From: Verrucomicrobiaceae bacterium
GTDB taxonomy: Bacteria; Verrucomicrobiota; Verrucomicrobiia; Verrucomicrobiales; Akkermansiaceae
Reading direction: 5' to 3'
DNA: 64,000 nucleotides
NCBI GenBank assembly: GCA_051252135.1
Contig: JBPOGH010000007.1
Span: forward strand, 160,001-224,000
Part shown: positions 1 through 9,617 of the stretch, in pieces
Layout of the letters: every line of letters starts with the position of its first letter
How positions within the stretch are numbered: the stretch's first letter is position 1
Made by a program: the position numbers and the translations under genes
Notes under the pieces: generated by a model
What the model was told of the DNA's origin: nothing
Database searches by the model: none
What the model saw: only the letters and a program-made list of their open reading frames with translations

Positions 1-89
1 GCGTAGGTGCGGCGGATGAAGGCGGTGCGGGTGTTTTCAGGCGCCAGAGCAACACTCTGGGGACTACCGTAGATATCTTGAACGTTCAT
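1..89 (-). CDS. Bax inhibitor-1/YccA family membrane protein, 5' fragment (runs off window)
   Basis: Reverse strand from ATG at 89 reads MNVQDIYGSPQSVALAPENTRTAFIRRTY; 'R..FIRRTY' resembles the start of the first helix of BI-1/YccA proteins. Only 29 codons are visible. Confidence 0.5.
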   Translation of the reverse strand, partial: MNVQDIYGSPQSVALAPENTRTAFIRRTY

Positions 90-450
90 GGGGATGGTGG
101 ATTTTGAGGGTAAAATAGATTCAATTATTCAGGATTCAAGTGAGAACGATTTCAATCGGGATAATTAGACTCCAAGGGGGGGGATTCGTTAGAAATTTGC
201 CCAAGTTCTAACGTTTGAGGCGGAGTGGAGTCAGTAAGGGCGAAAGGGAGATGTTCCCTTTTGAGCTCATCAGCAAGGCCCGACGGGGTCAGAAGCGCTG
301 GCGACTGCTGTGTGGAATGAAGTGTGGTGGGGCCGGTGTGCTCTGACTTGCCGGTTGATTGACTCGCCGGTCCTACCACCTAATTTTGGGGCATAATGCT
401 CCCGCACTTGCAATTCGGTGGTGGGGCGAGTTTGCTCCGCGGATCAACTT

Positions 451-2442
451 ATGGCAGCTGGTTTTTCGATTGATTCACTGAACAAGGCACAGCGCGAGGC
501 GGTGATGACCCTGGAGGGGCCGGTGTTGATTTTAGCCGGAGCGGGGACGGGAAAGACACGGACGGTGACTTGCCGGATGTCAGCACTTTTGGAGAACGGG
601 GTGGCGGCGGAAAACATCCTGGCGGTGACCTTTACGAACAAGGCGGCCTCGGAAATGAGGGAACGGGTAATTGATATGGTGGGTCGTAAGCGGGGGAAGG
701 ATTTGACGGTTTGTACGTTTCACTCGCTCTGTGTGAGGATCCTCAAGCGGGATATCGAGAGTGTGGGGTATGGGAAAAAATTTGTGGTGATGGCTGGGGG
801 AGATCAGGCGGGGATTATCAGGCAGCTGATTATCCGCAAGGGAGGGGCGAAGGAGAAGCTGAAGCCGGCGGAGGTGATGGCAGAAATCTCGAAGGCAAAG
901 AGTTACGAGAAGCCGCTGGAAGATATCGAAGACGGGCTGATTGCGGCGATTGCGGTGGCCTATCAGAATGAGTTGCGGGCGCAAAACGCGGTTGATTTTG
1001 ATGATTTGCTTTTGTTGGGAGAGAAGATTTTACGGGAGGATTCTGCGGCGCGGCATTTTTGGCAGCAGCAGTACCGTTACGTTACGGTGGACGAATTCCA
1101 GGACACCAACAGTTTGCAGATGCGACTGATTCAGCAGTTGGTTGAGAAGCCTTACAATATCTGTGTGGTGGGCGATGATGACCAGTCGATCTACGGTTGG
1201 CGGGGAGCTGATGTGACGAACATCTTGCAGTTTGAGCGCTTCTTCCCCAATCCCAAGGTGATTCGGTTAGAGGAGAATTATCGAAGCACGCAGGCGGTTC
1301 TTGAAGTGGCCAACAGCTTGATCAAGCACAACGTGGGGCGAAGGGAAAAGATGCTGAAGCACACGATTTCCGGGGGAGATTTGGTGAGGTTGGTGACGAT
1401 GCCCGGTGAGGAAGAGGAGGCGCAGTGGGTGGTTCAGGAGATCCTGACGATCCGGGATGAGGGTCGTGAGCTGGAGGATTTTGCGGTGTTGTTCCGAACG
1501 AACGGTCAGATTCGCAAGATGGAGGAAGCTCTCCGGGAAGAAAAAGTTCCGTATCGAATGGTGGGAGCGCAGAGTTTCTATGACCGGAAAGAGGTGCGCG
1601 ATGTTCTGGGATATGCCCAGCTTCTTGATAGCACCGATTTGGATGTGTCCCTGCTTCGGGTGCTGAACACGCCGCCACGAGGGATCGGCCAAAATACGGC
1701 GATGCTGGCGGGTGAGTGGAGCAGGGAGCATGAGCAAGGCATCTGGAAGACGCTGATTGATCCCGGGTTTCTGGCCCAGCTATCGTCACGGGCGGTCAAT
1801 GCGCTGAACCAATTCGTGGATCAGGTGGAGAGCCACCAGAGGCAGATTGTGAATGGAGACAACGCGGGAGTGGTGTTGGATCGCTGGCTCCGTGAGATGG
1901 ATTTTTTGGAATGGTTGATGCGTCAGTGCAAGACCGACAAGGAACGGGATGCGCGGAGAGAGGCGGTTGCCAGCACGGTGGGTGATCTCACTGCGGCTGT
2001 GAAGAAGGGGGCGAAATTGCGGGACTATCTCGATCGGATTGCGCTGGAGAGTGAGAAGAATGATGACGATCTGGATAAGAAGTCGGGAGTGACCTTGATC
2101 ACCTTACATGCGTCCAAAGGGCTGGAATATCCCATTGTTTTCCTACTCGGGCTTGAGCAGGGGATTTTGCCTCACAAGAGGAGTGTTGATGAGGGGACGA
2201 TTGATGAGGAGCGCCGGCTTCTTTACGTTGGGATCACCCGGGCGCAGGAGCGTCTTGCGATGACCTACTGTTCTACCCGGGTGAAATGGGGGAACAAGGA
2301 GGCGTGTGAGCCGAGTGCTTTCCTGAAGGAGTTGGATTTCGATTGGCTCGCGGAAGAGGATTACGATGATTTGATGAATCAGGAGGCTTCCGATGATGAG
2401 TTGCGTGGTTTCTTCAGCGGTCTTTCGGATCTTCTGGAATGA
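451..2442 (+). CDS. UvrD/PcrA/Rep family SF1 DNA helicase
   Basis: Motifs LNKAQ, AGAGTGKT (Walker A), TFTNKAA, TFHS, VDEFQDTN, VGDDDQSIYGWRGA, LEENYRS, TLHASKGLE, EERRLLYVGITRA. ATG 451 preferred over GTG 418. No C-terminal Tudor-like tail is evident. Confidence 0.95.
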   Translation: MAAGFSIDSLNKAQREAVMTLEGPVLILAGAGTGKTRTVTCRMSALLENGVAAENILAVTFTNKAASEMRERVIDMVGRKRGKDLTVCTFHSLCVRILKRDIESVGYGKKFVVMAGGDQAGIIRQLIIRKGGAKEKLKPAEVMAEISKAKSYEKPLEDIEDGLIAAIAVAYQNELRAQNAVDFDDLLLLGEKILREDSAARHFWQQQYRYVTVDEFQDTNSLQMRLIQQLVEKPYNICVVGDDDQSIYGWRGADVTNILQFERFFPNPKVIRLEENYRSTQAVLEVANSLIKHNVGRREKMLKHTISGGDLVRLVTMPGEEEEAQWVVQEILTIRDEGRELEDFAVLFRTNGQIRKMEEALREEKVPYRMVGAQSFYDRKEVRDVLGYAQLLDSTDLDVSLLRVLNTPPRGIGQNTAMLAGEWSREHEQGIWKTLIDPGFLAQLSSRAVNALNQFVDQVESHQRQIVNGDNAGVVLDRWLREMDFLEWLMRQCKTDKERDARREAVASTVGDLTAAVKKGAKLRDYLDRIALESEKNDDDLDKKSGVTLITLHASKGLEYPIVFLLGLEQGILPHKRSVDEGTIDEERRLLYVGITRAQERLAMTYCSTRVKWGNKEACEPSAFLKELDFDWLAEEDYDDLMNQEASDDELRGFFSGLSDLLE

Positions 2443-2444
2443 AA

Positions 2445-2475
2445 AATCCCCGCGCCCTTGTGAGGCGAGGGGATT
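2445..2475. terminator. Probable bidirectional intrinsic terminator between convergent genes
   Basis: AATCCCC-G-CGCC / GGCG-A-GGGGATT inverted repeat with a 5' A-run, directly after the helicase stop. Confidence 0.6.
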
Positions 2476-2499
2476 GAGATTGTTGATTCGGGAGACGGT

Positions 2500-3132
2500 C
2501 TAGCCGCGACGGCGGATCATGAGGCCGAAGAGAGCAATACCGCTTAGGAGTGCTGCACTGGGCTCGGGGACACCTTCGAGGGTGAGGATGTTGGTGTTGT
2601 ATGAACTTCCGACGGTGTCCGACCAATTGACATCGCCACGGGCGCTGGTTCCGATGAGGATTTCAGCTCCACCCTCCGCATTGTAGGTAGCGGTGTCTCC
2701 GGTGGGCGATCCGGTGTCGTCGCCATCAAGTTGAATGCTTGGGTTGAGGAGTCCGAGTCCGGTTGCATCTGCCACGCTGGAGTTGTTACCGAGCACAACG
2801 TATAGGTCTCTGATCGAGTCGTTGGTGATGGTGTAGTCAAAAGTGAAGGCGCCCGGATCGGGAGAGTTGAGATTGACTCCGTCGGTGGAGTCAAAGGGAG
2901 CGATTCCGAGGAGACCGTTGACTCCATTTGCTTTGAGAAGAGCTGCGGTGCTGGGCACATTACCGGGGCTGAAGGTGTAGATGGCAACAAATCCTGCACC
3001 GAGTGGCATTCCGGCGAGATCGCCGATGGCGAGGTCGTTTCCACTTCCGGTGATGTTATTGATCGTGACTGATGCTCCTTGAGCCGAGGTGACAACAGCG
3101 ATGGCCGCTGAAAGTTTGATAAGGCGTTTCAT
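2500..3132 (-). CDS. PEP-CTERM sorting domain protein
   Basis: Signal peptide (MKRLIKLSAAIAVVTSAQG); C-terminal VPEPS, hydrophobic helix and RRRG. Confidence 0.9.
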   Translation of the reverse strand: MKRLIKLSAAIAVVTSAQGASVTINNITGSGNDLAIGDLAGMPLGAGFVAIYTFSPGNVPSTAALLKANGVNGLLGIAPFDSTDGVNLNSPDPGAFTFDYTITNDSIRDLYVVLGNNSSVADATGLGLLNPSIQLDGDDTGSPTGDTATYNAEGGAEILIGTSARGDVNWSDTVGSSYNTNILTLEGVPEPSAALLSGIALFGLMIRRRG

Positions 3133-3162
3133 ATAGCTAGATTTGAGAAAAACGTTTTTGAT

Positions 3163-4131
3163 TTAGAGTGTTGAGAAAAATGCGGGGACTTCGGCGAGTG
3201 CGGAAGTTGATGCGGTTTTCCGTTGAATGGCGATTGCACCGGAAACGACCGTGGTTCCTTCGTTTCCGGAGAACTGACTGGAGGTTGATCTCCAGGTGCC
3301 GCCGCCGGTGGTGTGGACGAAGTAGCGGTTGTAGCTTCCGGCACCATCGGGAACCCAGAGGATGTCGGCAGCGGTGGAGTTGAACGATGCGGTGAGGTCG
3401 TCTTTCAGTCCCAGTTCGTCAAGAGTCTGGCCTGCGGGGCTGGGGACGGTGAAGATACTGAATCCGGAAGCGGCGGAAATGATGGTGCCTGTTTTCTTAA
3501 CCTCTCCGAAGAGGGTGACGGTGGTGGTGTTGGCCTTGACCTCGACAAATGCTCCATCCGGATAGAAGAAGGCGATCGGCTTGGGTGGGGAAGAGAACTG
3601 GCTGGCAGTGGACCGGAATTCGTTGTTATTGGAATTGTAGTAGTAGCGATCATAGTCGCCGGAGCCATCGGGAACCCAGATGATGTCCGAATTCGTGGAG
3701 TTGAATGATCCGGTCAATTGGGCGTCGGCACCGGTTCCGAAGACTTCGTTAAGGGTCTTGGCCTTACGGATGGTGTAGTTGGCCGTGCCTGCCGCGATGC
3801 CACCGCCCTCGATGGTGACGGTGGTGGAGGTGGATGAAGTGATGACGTTTACCGAACCGTTTTGAGCTCCATTGGTGATCTCGAGGAGGTAGGTGGCGTT
3901 TGCATCGGTGAGAGTGGCGGCGAAGTCGACATCGGCATCGGTGATGACATTGGCGGATTCGGAGTCAATGACTCCCGAGAGGAGGACTTCCCCGTGGAGG
4001 TTGATACCGATGGGGTTGAAGCCGACGACGAGGTCTGTCTTCACGTAGCCGGAGGGGCTGGTGTATGCGACGGTCTGGCCGAAGGCATGGGAGGAGAGTA
4101 TTGCTAGGAAAAAGGCGGGGAGACGTTTCAT
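3163..4131 (-). CDS. Secreted protein resembling the verrucomicrobial TIGR02597 family
   Basis: Signal peptide MKRLPAFFLAILSSHAFG, then AYTSPSGYV; internal repeat LT(G/A)SFNST..DI.WVPDG.G.Y.RY occurs twice. Family name is from recall, not a search. Confidence 0.6.
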   Translation of the reverse strand: MKRLPAFFLAILSSHAFGQTVAYTSPSGYVKTDLVVGFNPIGINLHGEVLLSGVIDSESANVITDADVDFAATLTDANATYLLEITNGAQNGSVNVITSSTSTTVTIEGGGIAAGTANYTIRKAKTLNEVFGTGADAQLTGSFNSTNSDIIWVPDGSGDYDRYYYNSNNNEFRSTASQFSSPPKPIAFFYPDGAFVEVKANTTTVTLFGEVKKTGTIISAASGFSIFTVPSPAGQTLDELGLKDDLTASFNSTAADILWVPDGAGSYNRYFVHTTGGGTWRSTSSQFSGNEGTTVVSGAIAIQRKTASTSALAEVPAFFSTL

Positions 4132-4322
4132 AGGGGAAGTGCGATGGGGAAGATTGAGGGTTGGGAGACTTTGACGCAACGGCAAAGTTCACGATTTTAC
4201 ATTAATATTGAAAGAGTTGTCAGGTTTCTTCGTGTTCGACGGGAAGTGCGGGGTGGAGATCGGTGAATGGTTGCGATCGAGGGTTGCGGGATGGTCACTC
4301 TCTGCTAAATAAATGTCCAGAA

Positions 4323-4679
4323 GTGAAGGGCGGTTACACAATAGGTAATGAAAAGTTGGTGAAGGTGCTCGATGGAGCGTCATCCCACCTTCAGGGACTC
4401 TGGCGTAAGCAAGGCAAGGATAGCGGGGCTCTGCGTATTGCAGTGATTGGGGGCGGCTGCAGTGGGCTGCAATACAAGATGGACCTGGTAGACGGACCAC
4501 GGGATCGGGATATTATGGTGGAGAGCAATGGAGTCCGGGTGGTGATTGATCCCAAGAGTGCGCTTTTTGTCAGCGGGAGTGAGTTGGATTACTCGGATGA
4601 TCTGCAGCAGGGGGGATTCAAGGTGACCAATCCGAATGCGGTGGTGACTTGTTCGTGCGGGGAAAGTTTTGCGGCATGA
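4323..4679 (+). CDS. HesB/IscA family A-type Fe-S cluster carrier
   Basis: GGGCSGLQY and C-terminal CSCGESF motifs. Start uncertain (GTG 4323 chosen; ORF open from 4263). Confidence 0.9.
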   Translation: MKGGYTIGNEKLVKVLDGASSHLQGLWRKQGKDSGALRIAVIGGGCSGLQYKMDLVDGPRDRDIMVESNGVRVVIDPKSALFVSGSELDYSDDLQQGGFKVTNPNAVVTCSCGESFAA

Positions 4680-5245
4680 GTGATCCTTTTGCGGTGCTGG
4701 GAGTGGAGAGAAAGCTGGAGTTGGATCCGGAGGAGTTGTCGGCGCGGTATCGTGAGCTTTCAAAGGTGCATCACCCTGATCTGGGCGGAGAGGCGAGCGA
4801 TTTTGAGAGGGTGGGGAAGGCATACGCAGAGTTGAATTCACCGGCGCGGCGGGTTGCGGCGGCGGTGGCGACGATTTCAGATTGTCCCGAGGAGCGGGGG
4901 ACGATTCCAGCGGTGGTGATGGATCGATTCAGCCAGGTGGCGGGGTTGATTGAGAAAGTTGATTCGTTTGTGGAGGAGCGAGGAAGGGCGAAGAGTGCGT
5001 TGGCGCGGGCCCTTTTGGACGCAAAGATTCCTGTTCTTCAGGGTGCTTTGCAGGAGGAGTTGGCGGGGATTGGGCTTTTGGAGGATCAAATGACCGGCCG
5101 ATTTGGTGATTTTGACAGGAATGGCTGGGAGAATCGGGCTGCGGAAATGGCCGAGGTGGCCCGCGGATTGGTTTTTCTTGAGAAATGGGAGGGGCAGCTC
5201 AAGGCGCAGAGCGGAAAGTTATTCCAGTCCTTGCTCGGGGGGTAA
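4676..5245 (+). CDS. hscB: HscB-like J-domain co-chaperone
   Basis: MSDPFAVLG...YRELSKVHHPD (HPD motif), helical C-terminus; ATGA overlap with the IscA-family stop; precedes an Hsp70 gene. Confidence 0.7.
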   Translation: MSDPFAVLGVERKLELDPEELSARYRELSKVHHPDLGGEASDFERVGKAYAELNSPARRVAAAVATISDCPEERGTIPAVVMDRFSQVAGLIEKVDSFVEERGRAKSALARALLDAKIPVLQGALQEELAGIGLLEDQMTGRFGDFDRNGWENRAAEMAEVARGLVFLEKWEGQLKAQSGKLFQSLLGG

Positions 5246-5260
5246 CTCCGAGTCCACATT

Positions 5261-7033
5261 ATGGCTATGAAAAGTGAGGTGATCGTGGGGATCGATTTGG
5301 GGACGACCCAATCGGCGGTGGGTGTGGTGGATTCCGGATTTCCCATTTTGCTGGCGAACAGGTCGGGATCGACCTTGACGCCAAGTGCGGTTTGGTATGG
5401 TGCGGACGGGTCTGTATCGGTGGGGGCGGAGGCGATACGAAGGCAAGGGGTGGAGCGGGTTTTTACGAGTGTGAAGAGTCTGATGGGGAGACGTTTTGAT
5501 GAGCTGGGAGCCGGTTTATCGGGTGTGGAGGATCAAGATGGGGAGGTGGTGCTCGATACCCGTGCGGGGAAGATGACTCCGGAGGAAGTTTCGGCAGAGA
5601 TTCTGAAGGAGTTGAAGAAGGTCGCCGAGGATCGATTGGAGTGTGCGGTGCACAAGGCTGTGATAACGGTGCCGGCGTATTTTAATGACGGGCAGCGGGC
5701 GGCAACGAAGCGGGCGGGTGAATTGGCGGGGCTTGAAGTGGTGAGGATTTTGAGTGAACCGACTGCGGCTGCGCTTTCCTATGGGCTGGATCGGCTGGAT
5801 GAGGCATCCAAGGTGGCGGTGTTTGACTTGGGAGGGGGGACTTTTGATGTGTCGGTTTTGGACATGCGGGACGGGGTTTTTGAGGTGTTGGCCACCTCCG
5901 GGGATACGTCTTTGGGTGGTGACGATTTTGATCGTGCGGTGGCGAAGGAGGCTGCTGATCGGTTGGAGGTGAAATGGGACACTTTGAGTTCGTTGGATCA
6001 GGTGATCTGGCTGACGGAGGCACGGCGGGTTAAGCACGCTCTTTCCGACCAAGAGGAAGTTACTTTCCGGATTCCTTTTGTGGGGGAGGTGAAGATTCCC
6101 CGGGCCAGATTTATTGAATTGCTGGGAAGCGCGCTTCGACGGATGGAGGGTCATTGTCGGACGGCTCTTCTGGAGGCGGGCGTGAATGAGGGAGAGCTGA
6201 AAGCGGTCCTGATGGTGGGCGGGAGTAGCCGGATTCCGGCGGTTCGGGAGCGGGTCGCTGAGATTTTCGGAATGGAGCCGGATTTGAGCCAACATCCTGA
6301 TGAGGCCATTGCGCGGGGAGCGGCCATTCAGGCGGGGATTTTGGCTGGCACGGTTCAAAAAGTGGTGCTGCTGGATGTCACTCCCCTGAGCCTGGGAATT
6401 GAGACGATGGGAGGCCTGATGAATGTGCTCATTCCCCGGAATTCGACCATTCCGTGCAAGGCGGGGGAGATGTTTACGAATGCAGTGGATGGGCAGGAGT
6501 CGGTGAAGCTGACGGTATTGCAAGGTGAGCGGGAGCTGGCTGCAGACAATTGGAAGCTGGGTGAGTATGTGGTGCCTTTCACGGCGGCGCGGAAGGGACA
6601 GGCGAGAATTGGGGTGGAATTTAGAATTGATGCAGACGGTCTCCTTTCGGTGTTGGCCCGGGATATGGCTACGGGTGAAGATGTTGTGGTGGAGGTGGGC
6701 AGTGCGGCGGTGGATGTGACGGAAAGCAAGGTGGAGCAAATGGTGAGTGAAAGTGTGGAGTATGCCTTCGAGGATATGAACGCGCGGGTTTTTGAGGAAG
6801 CCCGGCAGAAGGCGGAGGAACTCCTTCCGGCCGTGGATGTGGCTTTGGAGCAAGTTGGTGATTTGCTTGATGAGAATGAGCTGAAGGAAATCCGGGAAGG
6901 GAGAGAAAAGGTGGGCTTGGCACTTAAGAGCGGGGCTGCGGCACAATTGAAATCGGCGGTGGAGGATCTGGATGGCGCGACAGAAGTGATGGCGGCGCTT
7001 TTGGTGGAGAAAGCGACCAAGGGGCTTTTTTAG
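5261..7033 (+). CDS. hscA: Hsp70 family chaperone, HscA-like
   Basis: GIDLGTT, TVPAYFND, EPTAAAL, FDLGGGTFDVS, VGGSSRIP, LLDVTPLSLG. HscA rather than DnaK is inferred from the IscA/HscB context and the lack of a DnaK-type tail. Confidence 0.8.
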   Translation: MAMKSEVIVGIDLGTTQSAVGVVDSGFPILLANRSGSTLTPSAVWYGADGSVSVGAEAIRRQGVERVFTSVKSLMGRRFDELGAGLSGVEDQDGEVVLDTRAGKMTPEEVSAEILKELKKVAEDRLECAVHKAVITVPAYFNDGQRAATKRAGELAGLEVVRILSEPTAAALSYGLDRLDEASKVAVFDLGGGTFDVSVLDMRDGVFEVLATSGDTSLGGDDFDRAVAKEAADRLEVKWDTLSSLDQVIWLTEARRVKHALSDQEEVTFRIPFVGEVKIPRARFIELLGSALRRMEGHCRTALLEAGVNEGELKAVLMVGGSSRIPAVRERVAEIFGMEPDLSQHPDEAIARGAAIQAGILAGTVQKVVLLDVTPLSLGIETMGGLMNVLIPRNSTIPCKAGEMFTNAVDGQESVKLTVLQGERELAADNWKLGEYVVPFTAARKGQARIGVEFRIDADGLLSVLARDMATGEDVVVEVGSAAVDVTESKVEQMVSESVEYAFEDMNARVFEEARQKAEELLPAVDVALEQVGDLLDENELKEIREGREKVGLALKSGAAAQLKSAVEDLDGATEVMAALLVEKATKGLF

Positions 7034-7093
7034 CTTTCGGAAGATTGACTGACCGAGGCTTCATCCCCCACAGTCCCGCCAGCAATCCCGATC

Positions 7094-8479
7094 ATGAGTC
7101 AACCGAAAGTCTATCTTTGCCCTTCCTGCCAATCAGTGGTTCGGACGGAGAAGGACGTTGCAGACGGGCTTACTTGCGGGGAGTGCGGATTTTCATTTGG
7201 TGGAGGGGGGGCTCCAGCGGCTCCGGTCTCGACGAAAAGGAGGACGGAGCCGGAGCCAAAATCAGTGGAGAGAAAGAGCTCGGGGAGTGTGGTGCGGGAC
7301 GTCATCAAGAATCGGGATGGAACGAAGGTGGAAAAGGGATTCGCGTCTCTGACCCCGATTACTCCGTTGCCTCCCCGAACGAAGAAATCATCAGAGGGTG
7401 AAAAGGCGGATGTTCCCCACAATCGTGATGAAGAATCGATCCTGCCTGATGGGACAAGGCAGGTGAAGCGGAGGAGACGCCGAAAGCGTGAGGAGAAGCA
7501 CAAAAAACTGTATCTATTTATCACGGCCTGGATTGGGGTGATCGTGGCCTTGTTTCTTCTGTTCCAGGTGAAGAGGGACCAGGATTCGGATGCCGATCGG
7601 GACAAAGAGGGGCCGGAGGGGATGCCGGTTTGGGAGCGTGAGTTTTACCAGAGTCACTTGGGCAGAGTGGCGAGAAATTTCAGGGCGTTCAACAAGGCTC
7701 CATCGATGCTCAAAAAACAACAGTTCATCGACCGTTCGGCGTCGATGGCGGCCAAGTTTTCAATTTTCCATACAAGTCATCCGATGCCGGAACCTGTGGG
7801 AGATCTGAGGATGCTCAACCAGAATATCCTTGAGCTGAGAAAGGAGCCATTGGTGCTCGCGATCGAGACCCAATGGGCGGATTCGGAGGGGAAGCGATTG
7901 GAGGCGGTCCATGTCTGGGATCGAAAGGGATGGAAACTCGACTGGGAACATTTTGCCCGATATTCGACGACACCATGGGCACTTTTTCGATCGGGATTGG
8001 GTAGAAAAGAGGGTGAGTTCAGATTGTATGTCCGAAAGCGCAGGACACTTTCGGAAGCCACTCACTTCAGTCTGTTGTTTTATGCTCCGGCCAAGTTTGG
8101 AGATGATGTGAAAACGGTGCTTGAAAGCGAATCACCCGAAGTGCAGGTCAAGATTAACAGTGATCTGGGTCGGGAAATACGTGCCGTGCTAGCTGATCAC
8201 GAAGAGGGTCGCCGCCCGCTTGATAGTATTTTGGGAGACGATGATCCATCGATCCTGACCCGGATAGCGGTCAAATTGGCCTGGGAGACGAATGCGGAAG
8301 GTGATGAAGAATTGATCTTGAAGGATGTGGTAGGCATTTCCTGGTATGGGGAAAGGATACGGGAGATCGTGGAGGCAAGAGTGAAGGAGGAGACTGAGAA
8401 CAAGGGGCCGGAAATTCCTGAAGCGAAGGATGACTTGAATCGACCGGTTGAGGATTCTAGTTTGGATACAGATGAGTGA
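7094..8479 (+). CDS. Hypothetical single-pass membrane protein with N-terminal Zn-ribbon
   Basis: CPSC...CGEC, basic run KRRRRRKR, one TM helix (LYLFITAWIGVIVALFLLF), about 300-aa soluble domain. Confidence 0.8.
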   Translation: MSQPKVYLCPSCQSVVRTEKDVADGLTCGECGFSFGGGGAPAAPVSTKRRTEPEPKSVERKSSGSVVRDVIKNRDGTKVEKGFASLTPITPLPPRTKKSSEGEKADVPHNRDEESILPDGTRQVKRRRRRKREEKHKKLYLFITAWIGVIVALFLLFQVKRDQDSDADRDKEGPEGMPVWEREFYQSHLGRVARNFRAFNKAPSMLKKQQFIDRSASMAAKFSIFHTSHPMPEPVGDLRMLNQNILELRKEPLVLAIETQWADSEGKRLEAVHVWDRKGWKLDWEHFARYSTTPWALFRSGLGRKEGEFRLYVRKRRTLSEATHFSLLFYAPAKFGDDVKTVLESESPEVQVKINSDLGREIRAVLADHEEGRRPLDSILGDDDPSILTRIAVKLAWETNAEGDEELILKDVVGISWYGERIREIVEARVKEETENKGPEIPEAKDDLNRPVEDSSLDTDE

Positions 8480-9617
8480 CGAAAAACCCGATCCCGATGA
8501 GGAAAACGTCCCAGAGGGGATGGTGAAGAAGGTTCGCCGGGTGCGCAGGAAACGTCGGTCGAAACAATCAGAGTCCGCGGGCTCGATCTTTGACAAGGGG
8601 AAGGAGCTCCTCAAGAAGATGGAAGACGACGATGACGGTCAGGGTCACGTCGATGTCGCGGAGCAAATCCGGCGTCTCAAGAAGGATGGTGACGAGGACA
8701 AGCCACTGGACGATGTGTGGGGAACCAAGAAACGTTCGACGTCCTGGCTGTGGATCAGTCTTGTGGCGGTGATCGTTCCGGTGATTGGTATGGGAATCGG
8801 AATTGCGATTTTCAAAGAGTCCAAGCAGGCAAAAGACAAGGAGGTCGAAGAGTTGAAGATTTTTTCAGGGGATGAGGACGATTGGGATGCGCAGGATTCC
8901 AGTGAGCCTCATTCTTGGTTTCATGCGGACTCAATGGTGGCGACGAATCAGGCAGTCGATATCTTGCGGTTGTTGAATTTGGCAGAGAGCCCCACCGAAG
9001 TGATGGAGTTCATCAGGAATTCACCCTACAGAGAACTCAATCCGGTGGATTTAGAGGCGTGGGGGTCACCCGCAAGAATTAAAACTCTCCAGGATATTTC
9101 GTGGCAACTTGAAACGGTGGCTCCTCCGGGCGGGTTGTCGAAGGAGAAGCGGGGTTATCTCGTGATCAGAGGGAAGCGGGAAGATGAAGAGTCCTTTGAG
9201 GCATTTTTTGTTCATGAGGATGGGAAGGTTTTGCTGGATTGGGATGCAACGATGGCCTGGAGTGAGGTGAGCTTTCCTGATCTTGTGATGAATCGGCCCC
9301 GGAATGCGGTTATAGTGCGGGGTTTGATCGAGAAGAAGGCGGCCTATGATACTGAAAATCGCAGAGTGCAATATTCCGGGTATCGGTTGACGAGTCCGAC
9401 CGGGGAGGAGTTTATTTTCGCCAGTGTGCCTTTGACATCAGATCGGGCAGAGTCAATGGATGAAGAGTTGAAGACGATTCTCAATTACGGCCGATGGATC
9501 GGTGAACTGCGGATGGACAAGCAGGTTACGCTACGAATCCAGTATGGAAACGAGCAAGGGGTCGGCAGCCGGTTTGAGATCGTGGATGTGCTCCACGAGG
9601 GTTGGGTCAGGCCTTAA
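8472..9617 (+). CDS. Hypothetical single-pass membrane protein, distant paralog of upstream gene
   Basis: Basic run KKVRRVRRKRR, TM helix WLWISLVAVIVPVIGMGIGIAIF, LLDWD motif matching KLDWE of the upstream ORF; 8-bp overlap with it. Confidence 0.8.
   Translation: MSDEKPDPDEENVPEGMVKKVRRVRRKRRSKQSESAGSIFDKGKELLKKMEDDDDGQGHVDVAEQIRRLKKDGDEDKPLDDVWGTKKRSTSWLWISLVAVIVPVIGMGIGIAIFKESKQAKDKEVEELKIFSGDEDDWDAQDSSEPHSWFHADSMVATNQAVDILRLLNLAESPTEVMEFIRNSPYRELNPVDLEAWGSPARIKTLQDISWQLETVAPPGGLSKEKRGYLVIRGKREDEESFEAFFVHEDGKVLLDWDATMAWSEVSFPDLVMNRPRNAVIVRGLIEKKAAYDTENRRVQYSGYRLTSPTGEEFIFASVPLTSDRAESMDEELKTILNYGRWIGELRMDKQVTLRIQYGNEQGVGSRFEIVDVLHEGWVRP

Noticed and set aside
152..379. 75-aa minus-strand ORF in the first intergenic region
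   Set aside because: No motif, non-ATG start inside a hairpin; more likely promoter or repeat DNA.
5516..6946. 476-aa ORF antisense to the Hsp70 gene
   Set aside because: Lies wholly opposite a well-supported gene; long antisense frames are a known by-product of Hsp70 codon patterns; no recognisable motifs.
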